Under the pieces are notes generated by a model that was not told the origin of the DNA, made no database searches, and saw nothing but the letters and a program-made list of their open reading frames with translations. Source: Peptococcaceae bacterium (GTDB lineage: Bacteria > Bacillota > Dehalobacteriia > UBA4068 > UBA4997). From it: DNA of 64,000 bases. Positions 8,679 to 18,321 of this stretch are shown piece after piece. The stretch's first letter is position 1. Each line of letters starts with the position of its first letter. Made by a program: the position numbers and the translations under genes. Where the stretch lies: NCBI GenBank assembly GCA_022797295.1, contig JAAWKH010000001.1, forward strand, positions 186,060 through 250,059. Direction: 5' to 3'.

Positions 8679-9953
8679 ATGAATATGAAAAATAGAACTT
8701 ATCTTTGCATTGATCTTAAATCATTCTATGCCTCGGTGGAATGTGTGGAACGTGGCTTGGATCCTATGACGGCCCGTTTGGTGGTGGCCGATCCTGAGCG
8801 TGGTCCTAAAACCATTTGTTTAGCTGTTACGCCAGCCTTAAAAGCTTTGGGGATTGGTGGGCGTTGCCGTGTTTTTGAAATTCCGCCAGCTTTGGATTAT
8901 ATTATGGCGCCGCCTAGAATGCAGCTTTATATTGATTATGCAGCTGAGATTTACGGTATTTATCTTCGTTATATTGCTAAGGAAGATATTCATGTTTATT
9001 CAGTGGATGAAGCTTTTTTAGATGTGACTCCTTATCTGCATACCTATGGCTTGACGGCTAAACAGTTAGCCTTAAAGTTGATGGATGAGATTTTGACAGA
9101 AATTGGCGTGCGGGCAACCTGTGGTATTGGCAGTAATTTGTATCTAGCTAAAATCGCTTTGGATATTACAGCCAAGCATTCTGATGATTTTATTGGTGAG
9201 CTGGATGAATATAGCTATCGGGAAAAGCTTTGGCAGCACAGGCCGCTGACAGATTTTTGGCGTGTGGGCCGTGGTACTATGCAGCGTTTAGCTGCTTATG
9301 GTATTTATACTATGCAGCAAGTGGCTCAAGCTGACGAGGCGTTGCTTTATAAGCTTTTTGGTATTGATGCGGAATTGTTGATTGACCACGCCTGGGGACG
9401 CGAGCCAGTGACGATTGCGGATATCAAGGCCTATCAGCCCAAGACTAACTGTTTAAGCAGTGGTCAGGTTTTGATGCGGGATTATTCTTTTGCAGAGGCC
9501 TGTTTAATTGTTAAGGAAATGGTTGATCAACTTTGTCTTGAACTGTTGGATAAACAGTTGGTTACGGCTTCGCTTAGTATTTATGTGGGATATAGCAACA
9601 ACTTGCACGCCGCAGCTTCTAAAGGTTCAGCCTGTTTGGCTTCAGCGGTCAGCTCTGATAAGGTCTTGATTCCGGCGGCAGTTGGTTTGTTTGAACAGAT
9701 TGTAGATAAAGACAAGCCAGTGCGTCGTATTAATATCAGTTTTAGTAATTGCTTGCCGGAGGGTAACCGGCAATTAAGCTTGTTTGATAATTTGGATGTA
9801 GTTTTGCAAAAAAATCAGCAGGTGCAAAGGACAGTTTTGCATTTGAAAAAGAAGTTTGGTAAGAATACTATTCTAAAAGGTATGGATTTGTCGCCGGCAG
9901 CGACTGCCAAAGAGCGTAACTGTCAGATTGGAGGACACAAAAGTGGGAACTAA
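8679..9953 (+). CDS. Y-family (UmuC/DinB-like) translesion DNA polymerase
   Basis: CIDLKSFYASVE, SVDEAFLDVT and GIGSNLYLAKIA motifs of Y-family polymerases. ATG at 8679 with GGAGAG upstream. Confidence 0.8.
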   Translation: MNMKNRTYLCIDLKSFYASVECVERGLDPMTARLVVADPERGPKTICLAVTPALKALGIGGRCRVFEIPPALDYIMAPPRMQLYIDYAAEIYGIYLRYIAKEDIHVYSVDEAFLDVTPYLHTYGLTAKQLALKLMDEILTEIGVRATCGIGSNLYLAKIALDITAKHSDDFIGELDEYSYREKLWQHRPLTDFWRVGRGTMQRLAAYGIYTMQQVAQADEALLYKLFGIDAELLIDHAWGREPVTIADIKAYQPKTNCLSSGQVLMRDYSFAEACLIVKEMVDQLCLELLDKQLVTASLSIYVGYSNNLHAAASKGSACLASAVSSDKVLIPAAVGLFEQIVDKDKPVRRINISFSNCLPEGNRQLSLFDNLDVVLQKNQQVQRTVLHLKKKFGKNTILKGMDLSPAATAKERNCQIGGHKSGN

Positions 9954-10293
9954 ACCGAAAGGTAAAATGCCAGTGATTGAACGAGCTAAGCAGTTTATGC
10001 CATTTGCAGCCGTGCGTGGCTTGCAGTTGGCATTGCGCCGCAAGGAGCAAGAGTTAGTTCAGGTGCCGCCTAAAATTATGGCAGAGGAGGCTGCCGCTGA
10101 GCTGGACGCTAAGCTGCGTCAACTTTATAAAGGCAGGCCAGTGCTTATAACCTACTTCTTTGCTGGTAATTATCAAAAAGTTAGTGGTAAGGTTTTGCGT
10201 TTGGATAACGTACATTGTCAGTTGCTTTTGCAAGGGAAAGATGAACGTTGGCAGATAAACTTTTCTGATATAATAGATTTGGTTTTGGTATAG
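9943..10293 (+). CDS. YolD-like protein (accessory partner of Y-family polymerases)
   Basis: Small protein immediately downstream of and overlapping the polymerase gene, as yolD/yqjX does in Bacillus. GTG at 9943 has GGAGGA 7 nt upstream, but the start could instead be ATG 9964. Confidence 0.55.
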   Translation: MGTKPKGKMPVIERAKQFMPFAAVRGLQLALRRKEQELVQVPPKIMAEEAAAELDAKLRQLYKGRPVLITYFFAGNYQKVSGKVLRLDNVHCQLLLQGKDERWQINFSDIIDLVLV

Positions 10294-10315
10294 TTAAGGC
10301 TTGTTTATGACTATC

Positions 10316-13300
10316 TTAATCTATGCTTGATAAAATAATGTTGGTATCAGCAGCGATAGTGTATGTGTGCGAGCAACCAGCCTCCAGCATATTTGAATAG
10401 TACCAACTGTCAGGTAGATTGTCTGACCAGTTAGGCAGCTCTTGTTCGTTTATTAAATGCTCAGTACAAGATGTACGATTGAATAACAAATTAAGCAAGG
10501 TTACAGCTTCCGCGCGACTGATTGGTTGATTGGGCCTGAAGCTGCCGTCAGGATAGCCGTGTAATAAGCCGAGATCAGTTGCCTGATTAATGACATCTGC
10601 TGCCCAATGTTCTGCAATATCAGGAAAGGCTTTTGAAATTGAGCGCCCAACAGGGCTAGGTTCATCACTTGTTTGTAAATTATATATACGTATGGCAAGT
10701 GTGGCTAATTCTGCTCGTGTTAGGTAGGAGTTGGGTTTAAAACTGCCATCCTGGTAGCCTTGCAGCAAGCTGTTCTGTTTAAGAAAATCAACAGCAGTGT
10801 CATACCAATTTATTTCAGCGCTTGTTACTGTTTCAGAAGCGTTTGGATTTAGCAAACGATAAAGCATAACTGCTGCTTCTGCTCTGCTTAAATAAGCGTT
10901 TGGTCGTATGGTGCCATCACCATAACCATTAATATAAGCAAAATGTAAAAGTTGCTGATTGTTGGATGTTTGAATAGCTTCTTCTGGTTGAGATTGCGTT
11001 GGTTGTTTTTGTATGCTTCCAGAGCTACTGCTGCTAGGTCTGTTATCTGGATGGTTTTCAGGATAGCCCTCTTGCCAGACGGCATAAAGTGTGATGCTTG
11101 GCTGATTTTGACTTAATATTATTTGATTTCCTGCTTGGTAAATTGTTTCGCTGTTTGTGGGGGTTAATGCCCAACCTATGAAAGTGTAACCGTTTCGCTT
11201 TGGCTTTTCAGCCGTTATTTCAAATTGGTATTTTTCAGCTGTGCTGTAGCAAATTTGTTCCGCTGGTGTATCAAAACCGCCATTGCTATGGTAATACAGG
11301 CAATAAGCTGTTTCTAGCGGCTCTTGCAGGGGAGGTTGAGGAGTGCCAGGTTCTGGTTTTAAGTTATCGTTCAGTTGCCAAACTGCGTAGAGAGTTAGCT
11401 CTGGCGTTTCTTTATAAAGAAGAATTTGGTCTTCCGGTTGATATACTGCGTAATTAGCATTAGCTTGAGGAGCCCAGCCAATAAATTTGTAATTGTGGCG
11501 TGTTGGCTCTTCTTTGGGGATGAAAAAAGTATAGTTTTCAGTTTGAGCAGTAGCTGTTTGAGGGTAAGGCGCGTTGACGCCACCATTGCCGTTAAAGGAA
11601 AGCTTGTATTGATAAAGAGGGAGAGGTGGTGCAGGTTCGGTGCAAATTAGCTTAAAGCAAGGAAGATGTGAGTTGTTTGTTTGCCAGTTTTGTGTTGAGC
11701 TTTTATAATATAATTGTACGGTTTGCTCGTTTTCAGCCCCTAATACAAGCTTGTGCGGGCCATATGTTGTGTTGTATCGTTCAATGTAAGGTTGGGCCTG
11801 AAAGGTTAGCAAACAGCAATATCCGCTGTTGGAATAAGGCAGGCTTGGGCCAATTTGCAGGCCGTTTTGTTCCAGATTTAGGCCAATAGGATAATGCTCC
11901 GTTTGGCTGGCATTGATACATTCTAGTTGAATAGGCGTTGACGTACCTAGAATTTGCGCCAGTTCAGCATAAGTAGGCCTGGCTGGCGCGTGGCAATTTA
12001 TTATGAAAGTGCTATTATAATTGGGCGTTGTAATCCAGGCCTTGTTTTCTTCATCATAAAATAAGGTTAATAACTCCTTAGCTGATGAGTAAGTTGCTAT
12101 CAGCTTGTGGCCGTCTATTCTGGTGTTGTAATCATTCAGATAAGCGGATGGTTTGATGTTTAGGGTGGCGGTAAAATTGTTACTGTTTGTTTGATTGATG
12201 TGAAAGCTGTAGCTGTTTTCTTTAAGTGCATAGCTGAAAGTTAAATGCCCAGCCGCAGTGTTAGCACATTCAAGTTTTACGGCTTCAGATCCTAAAAGCT
12301 CTTTTAGATAGCTATAAGTGGGCTCGTCTGGCAATTTCTGCCAAACAGCGTAAAGTATGGTTTGCTTTTCAGTGGTGATTAAACTGCCGCCAGGCTGGCA
12401 AATTGCTTGTGTTGCGTTGGCCTCTAGGGCCCAACCTAAAAATTTGTAATTAATGCGTTGTGGTATTATTTCTGAAATTGTAAATAGACAATTTGTTTCT
12501 GTGCCGGAGGCGTGTTGTTCGGCAGGAGTGTTAAAACCACCGTTGACGTTGTAATAAAGTGTATATTCAATCGGTTCCGGCTCGGGCGGTTGTTCCTGTT
12601 CTTGCCAGATAGCGTAAAGTACATTTTGTTCATTTAGTGCCAGAAAAACCTCATTTGGCTGAAATTTGGCAATCAATGCGTCAGCGTCTGTATGCCAGCC
12701 TAAAAAATTCCAACCAGGGCGAACTGGTTTTGCCTCTGTTATGGTAAACACATGAAAAAAATCGAAGTCATATTCAATTTGCGGTTCGGGAGCTGTGCTG
12801 CCGCCGTTAGCGTCATATATTAATATATAGCAATGTTCAAGCGGTTGTGGATTATCCTCTTGCCAAATAGCATAGAGAGTGGTTTGCGAATTAATAGCCC
12901 AAAATTCATCGCCAGAGAGAAATTCAGCAGACAGAGCTTCTGAAGAAGTACTCCAGCCTAAAAAAATATAACCAGCTCGCACGGGTTCGTCAGAGCTGAT
13001 TGTGAATTGACAGAATATTTCTGTCGTTTGTTTGGTTTGTGTTGTAGGTGCCTGTTCGCCACCGTTAGCGTCATAAAGCAGCGTGAAGGTTTGAACCGGT
13101 AACGCTTGGTTTGATTGCCAAACTGCATAAAGAATGGTTAGGGGTGTGTTTGAAAAAAAGATTTCGCCGGGCTGATATTCAGCTTGGATGGCATTGGGAG
13201 TGGTGGCCCAGCCAACAAATGTATTATCTGCCAGATTGGGAGTTTCATAAGAAATATAAAAGATGTTGGAGGTGTTCTGTTGCAAAGCCGGTGCATTATC

Positions 13301-13450
13301 ACCGCCGTTAGCGTCATAGATTAAAAAATATTGCGGAACGATTTCTTCATTGCTTGCTGGAATAATATTGTTTGCCATAACCGGGGTGTTGAATAAAAAA
13401 ATCTGCGTTAAAATTACGCAGAGATACAAAGAGAATTTTATTTTTTTCAT
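10316..13450 (-). CDS. large secreted surface protein: signal peptide, 6 Listeria-Bacteroides-type repeats, 2 novel ~115-aa Cys-containing repeats, Pro/Ser linker, 3 C-terminal SLH domains
   Basis: N-terminal MKKIKFSLYLCVILTQIFLF signal sequence. Repeated ...LYDANGG..AP...F.GW....A....G......TLYAVWQ units. C-terminal FAYINGYGDGTIRPNAYLSRAEAAVMLYRLL-type SLH motifs x3. GGGGTG RBS. Confidence 0.8.
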   Translation of the reverse strand: MKKIKFSLYLCVILTQIFLFNTPVMANNIIPASNEEIVPQYFLIYDANGGDNAPALQQNTSNIFYISYETPNLADNTFVGWATTPNAIQAEYQPGEIFFSNTPLTILYAVWQSNQALPVQTFTLLYDANGGEQAPTTQTKQTTEIFCQFTISSDEPVRAGYIFLGWSTSSEALSAEFLSGDEFWAINSQTTLYAIWQEDNPQPLEHCYILIYDANGGSTAPEPQIEYDFDFFHVFTITEAKPVRPGWNFLGWHTDADALIAKFQPNEVFLALNEQNVLYAIWQEQEQPPEPEPIEYTLYYNVNGGFNTPAEQHASGTETNCLFTISEIIPQRINYKFLGWALEANATQAICQPGGSLITTEKQTILYAVWQKLPDEPTYSYLKELLGSEAVKLECANTAAGHLTFSYALKENSYSFHINQTNSNNFTATLNIKPSAYLNDYNTRIDGHKLIATYSSAKELLTLFYDEENKAWITTPNYNSTFIINCHAPARPTYAELAQILGTSTPIQLECINASQTEHYPIGLNLEQNGLQIGPSLPYSNSGYCCLLTFQAQPYIERYNTTYGPHKLVLGAENEQTVQLYYKSSTQNWQTNNSHLPCFKLICTEPAPPLPLYQYKLSFNGNGGVNAPYPQTATAQTENYTFFIPKEEPTRHNYKFIGWAPQANANYAVYQPEDQILLYKETPELTLYAVWQLNDNLKPEPGTPQPPLQEPLETAYCLYYHSNGGFDTPAEQICYSTAEKYQFEITAEKPKRNGYTFIGWALTPTNSETIYQAGNQIILSQNQPSITLYAVWQEGYPENHPDNRPSSSSSGSIQKQPTQSQPEEAIQTSNNQQLLHFAYINGYGDGTIRPNAYLSRAEAAVMLYRLLNPNASETVTSAEINWYDTAVDFLKQNSLLQGYQDGSFKPNSYLTRAELATLAIRIYNLQTSDEPSPVGRSISKAFPDIAEHWAADVINQATDLGLLHGYPDGSFRPNQPISRAEAVTLLNLLFNRTSCTEHLINEQELPNWSDNLPDSWYYSNMLEAGCSHTYTIAADTNIILSSID

Positions 13451-13684
13451 AGATTTCTACACCCCAAATTGTAATATATTTTCAGTGGAAAATGGTTAGT
13501 AGATTTTTAAGTTTTTGACTATTCTTTATTAAAAATCTGATATTATTGCTTATTATAATACTTTTCATTGTTTTTCGCAAGCCTTTTTTGGTATTTTTTT
13601 CCAAATGAACAGATAATTGGAATTGTATTTATAAAGTATTTTGTATTTTATAATGTTTTTGGGGCAAATCTACAAAATAAATAT

Positions 13685-13712
13685 TTACTAATTTCTAAAA
13701 AAAGTGTATAAT
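13685..13712 (+). promoter_or_regulatory. sigma-A promoter of gdhA (TTTACT-16-TATAAT, with a tandem TATAAT)
   Basis: -35 at 13685-13690 and -10 at 13707-13712 with TG immediately upstream. Confidence 0.55.
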
Positions 13713-13734
13713 TATAATCAACTAAGAGCTTTAG

Positions 13735-15099
<1,365 letters not shown>

Positions 15100-15115
15100 A
15101 TTTTATTTGTTGATA

Positions 15116-15149
15116 AAAGCTGTCTGCTTGTTTGCAGGCAGCTTTTGTT
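15116..15149 (+). terminator. rho-independent terminator of gdhA
   Basis: AGCTGTCTGC-TTGTTT-GCAGGCAGCT stem-loop followed by TTTTGTT. Confidence 0.7.
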
Positions 15150-15180
15150 AATAAAAATCAGTAAGGGAGTTGTTGAATAA

Positions 15181-16023
15181 ATGTCTGTTAACGTGACGAT
15201 TAAATTGGCCGATCCGAAAAATGAATTGCAGATTAAAGATGTTCTTTTCAAAGGTATGCGTTATGGTATTATGGATGCTGCCTATAGATTGTCTGAAAAT
15301 GAAATTGGGGAAGTGATGGTTATTTTTAGTGAGGCCAATCTTTGCCGTGGATATGAGATTACATTGCCGCCAGGACAAATAGAGCTGCGCTTGCCAATTC
15401 CCACTAGCGATACGGATATTCGTTTTTTCTATAGTTTGGTGCAAAAGTTGTGCCAAAAGTTTGCAACAACTGATTTTTGGCGCGAGGATGAAAAGGGTAG
15501 CTTTGCGGAAATTCCTGATTATATTAAAGAGGATATTGGTTTAAGCGAGCGAACTTTGCTGATGATGGAGGAGGAAATTGATGCTGGCAAGTTTAATTCC
15601 TTGTATCTTTTTGGCGTTCTCAATCCGATTGCGATCAGCAAAAATGATTTACGGGAAATTGACGGCAGCTTGCAGAAACTGGCAGATTTTTTTCAACGGC
15701 ATCAAGCAATGGATGTTTACTATGCTAAACCTAGTGTTTACCAAAAAAATAACGAAAGCTTGTTTGGCGTGTATGTTCTGTCGGAAGATGTAGTGTCAGT
15801 TTTGCCTAATAAGCCTGGTTTGTTTATGGGACCTAAGGATATGCAGATAGCTGATTGGTATGTTGCCTTTGTTATCGATGATGATTTGGCTGGGACAATT
15901 TCCTATGCCGATTTTTTAGCCGACACTGAACCAAGCGCCGAATATGATGTTGAACATTTTATTATAAGTCTGAATAAAAGGCAGATGACCAAATTGCTGA
16001 GTTTTCATGCCGTACAGCCTTAA
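15181..16023 (+). CDS. hypothetical protein (280 aa, no domain recognised)
   Basis: Long ORF with its own terminator downstream. GGGAG lies 11 nt upstream of the ATG. Confidence 0.5.
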   Translation: MSVNVTIKLADPKNELQIKDVLFKGMRYGIMDAAYRLSENEIGEVMVIFSEANLCRGYEITLPPGQIELRLPIPTSDTDIRFFYSLVQKLCQKFATTDFWREDEKGSFAEIPDYIKEDIGLSERTLLMMEEEIDAGKFNSLYLFGVLNPIAISKNDLREIDGSLQKLADFFQRHQAMDVYYAKPSVYQKNNESLFGVYVLSEDVVSVLPNKPGLFMGPKDMQIADWYVAFVIDDDLAGTISYADFLADTEPSAEYDVEHFIISLNKRQMTKLLSFHAVQP

Positions 16024-16035
16024 ACAGTTTTAAGC

Positions 16036-16078
16036 AAAAGCCCTTTGCCGAAAATTTTTTCAACAAAGGGCTTTACAA
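16036..16078 (+). terminator. rho-independent terminator
   Basis: AAAGCCCTTTG...CAAAGGGCTTT inverted repeat followed by T-rich sequence. Confidence 0.6.
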
Positions 16079-16113
16079 ATTGCCTAAAAAATGGTATAGT
16101 ATATAGGTATTCT

Positions 16114-16187
16114 GCGGGTGTAGTTTAATGGCAGAACAAGAGCTTCCCAAGCTTTTAGCGAGGGTTCGATTCCCTTCACCCGCTCCA
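16114..16187 (+). tRNA. tRNA-Gly (anticodon CCC)
   Basis: Cloverleaf folded by eye. Acceptor stem GCGGGTG/CACCCGC, anticodon loop TTCCCAA, T-loop GGTTCGATTCC, 3' CCA encoded. Confidence 0.85.
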
Positions 16188-16193
16188 TTTGAA

Positions 16194-16224
16194 AAGGTTG
16201 TCTGTTGCAGGCAGCCTTTTTGTG
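16194..16224 (+). terminator. rho-independent terminator after tRNA-Gly
   Basis: GGTTGTCTG-TTG-CAGGCAGCC stem (with G-U pairs) followed by TTTTT. Confidence 0.65.
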
Positions 16225-16434
16225 TATATAAATTCAGGAAATGAAAGCAATAAAATGAGAGATTTTATTAAAGATTTTACGCAAGCAATACAAAGCTTAT
16301 TATAGTTGATTATACCAACAATATTTTTTCTGGAAATTATCTTTTTAGGAGGCAAATTTTTGACGAAACTATTTTAGGCAGTGTTGTCCGAAAAGATAAT
16401 GAGCCGATGTTTGGTAGTTAAAATATATTTAGCA

Positions 16435-16469
16435 GAATGCGGCCATTTTCTAGGAAAATGGCCGCATTC
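16435..16469 (-). terminator. terminator of the glnN-amt operon (perfect 15-bp stem)
   Basis: GAATGCGGCCATTTT-CTAGG-AAAATGGCCGCATTC located just downstream (minus strand) of the amt stop codon. Confidence 0.7.
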
Positions 16470-16507
16470 GCTTGAGTATGAAAGAGTATTAACTTGATAG
16501 ATTCTAA

Positions 16508-18214
16508 TTATTTGTCAATTTCTGGATACTGTAAGGCGTCAAATCCCTCCTTACCGCTGCGCACCTGAATAACGTTCTGCACGTCATAAACGAAAATTTT
16601 GCCATCGCCGTATTCGCCAGAGTAGAGCACTTGTTTAGCAACTTCAACAATCGCATTTACGGGCACTTTAGAAACGATAACCTCCACCTTAACCTTAGGC
16701 ACAAGCTTAGTTTCCATAGCGATGCCGCGGTAAAACTCTGTGGCTCCTTTCTGCAAACCGCAGCCCATAACCTCAGTGACGGTCATACCTGTAACGCCTA
16801 GGGCTGATAAAGCATTTTTTAGGGCTTCAAAGCGAGTGCGCCGGGTGATGATAACCACCTTACTGATACCGCTGTTGCAGGTTGCTGTTTCTGGAATAGT
16901 TTCCGCAGAATTGGGCAGTTTGACCGGAGCAATGTTGTTGTTCTGTGGTTCTGTATCTTCATAAATATTGTGAGTGACGGACATAAAATCTGCATAGGAG
17001 CTTACCAAACCATGTTCAGTAATATCTAAACCGGCAATTTCTTCGGCTGTGGTAACACGCAGGCCAATAGTTTTTTTCAGTATATTAAAGATGATAAACA
17101 TTGTAACGGCCACCCAGGCGATAACACTGACAACGCCCAAGGTTTGCACTGCTAGAAAATGTATGCCATTGCCATAAAGCAATCCTTCATCTATGGAAAA
17201 CAAACCAAGCAACAATGTGCCGCTAGCGCCGCAAACCCCGTGAACCGCAATGGCGCCAACCGGATCGTCAATTTTCAGCACTTTATCAATAAACTCAACC
17301 GCAAACACCACCAGCACGCCGCAGATAGCTCCAATAAGGGCCGCGCCTAGCGGCGAAACTGCGTCGCAGCCGGCGGTGATACCCACCAAACCGGCTAAAG
17401 AGCCGTTCAAGGTCATCGAAACATCTGGTTTGCCGTAACGTACCCAAGTCAACAGCATAGTAATCAAGGTGGCAGTTGCAGCGGACAGGTTGGTTGTTAC
17501 AAAAATGGAAGCAGCTGATGTGGCGCTTTCCAGAGAGGATAGGGCAGTGGTTGAACAGCCGTTGAAGCCGAACCAGGCAAACCAAAGGATGAATACGCCT
17601 AATGCTCCAAGGGTTAGGCTATGGCCGGGAATGGCATGGCTTTTGCCGTTGCTGTCATATTTGCCAATACGAGGCCCAATGCAGGCAGCTCCAACTAGCG
17701 CGGCTACGCCGCCAACCATATGCACGGCGGTGGAACCGGCAAAATCGTGAAATCCCAGCTGGCTTAACCAACCGCCTCCCCAAATCCAGTGGCCGGAAAC
17801 GGGATAAATGCAAGCGCTGATAAGCAATGAATACAGACAATAGGTGGAGAATTTAGTGCGCTCGGCCATTGCCCCTGATACAATCGTGGCGGCTGTGGCA
17901 CAGAACACTGTTTGAAAGATGATAAAAGCAAATGAGGTGTAGCCGCTTTCAGCGCCATAATCGTTGCGGATTAAAAAATCCGGTGTGCCGATTATTCCGG
18001 CAATATCAGAACCAAACATTAAGCCAAAGCCCAGCAGCCAAAAGATAACACTACCAATCGCAAAATCCATTAAGTTTTTCATAATGATGTTACCGGCATT
18101 TTTGGCTCTGGTAAAACCGGTTTCCACCATTGCAAAGCCGGGCTGCATAAAAAACACCAATGCAGCGCCTAGCAACACCCAAAGAGTATCCAGTCCGATA
18201 ATAATTTCTTCCAT
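16508..18214 (-). CDS. amt: ammonium transporter (Amt) fused in-frame to a C-terminal nitrogen regulatory PII (GlnB/GlnK-like) domain
   Basis: N-terminal Amt transmembrane region (FFMQPGFAMVETG...). C-terminal ~112 aa match PII (GMTVTEVMGCGLQKG..., GDGKIFVYDV...). ATG at 18214 has GGAG 9 nt upstream. The ORF is continuous. Confidence 0.8.
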   Translation of the reverse strand: MEEIIIGLDTLWVLLGAALVFFMQPGFAMVETGFTRAKNAGNIIMKNLMDFAIGSVIFWLLGFGLMFGSDIAGIIGTPDFLIRNDYGAESGYTSFAFIIFQTVFCATAATIVSGAMAERTKFSTYCLYSLLISACIYPVSGHWIWGGGWLSQLGFHDFAGSTAVHMVGGVAALVGAACIGPRIGKYDSNGKSHAIPGHSLTLGALGVFILWFAWFGFNGCSTTALSSLESATSAASIFVTTNLSAATATLITMLLTWVRYGKPDVSMTLNGSLAGLVGITAGCDAVSPLGAALIGAICGVLVVFAVEFIDKVLKIDDPVGAIAVHGVCGASGTLLLGLFSIDEGLLYGNGIHFLAVQTLGVVSVIAWVAVTMFIIFNILKKTIGLRVTTAEEIAGLDITEHGLVSSYADFMSVTHNIYEDTEPQNNNIAPVKLPNSAETIPETATCNSGISKVVIITRRTRFEALKNALSALGVTGMTVTEVMGCGLQKGATEFYRGIAMETKLVPKVKVEVIVSKVPVNAIVEVAKQVLYSGEYGDGKIFVYDVQNVIQVRSGKEGFDALQYPEIDK

Positions 18215-18255
18215 TGTAAAATCACTCCAATTTAGTATAGTAAAAAAATTTATAT

Positions 18256-18301
18256 AAAAAAGACGTGCTTTGCGAGGAGAAACCTCACTTGGCACGTCTT
18301 T
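18256..18301 (-). terminator. intergenic hairpin/terminator between glnN and amt
   Basis: Minus strand AAAGACGUGCCAAGUGAGG-UUUC-UCCUCGCAAAGCACGUCUUUUUU. Confidence 0.55.
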
Positions 18302-18321
18302 GTGTCGAATTGTAAAAAAAT

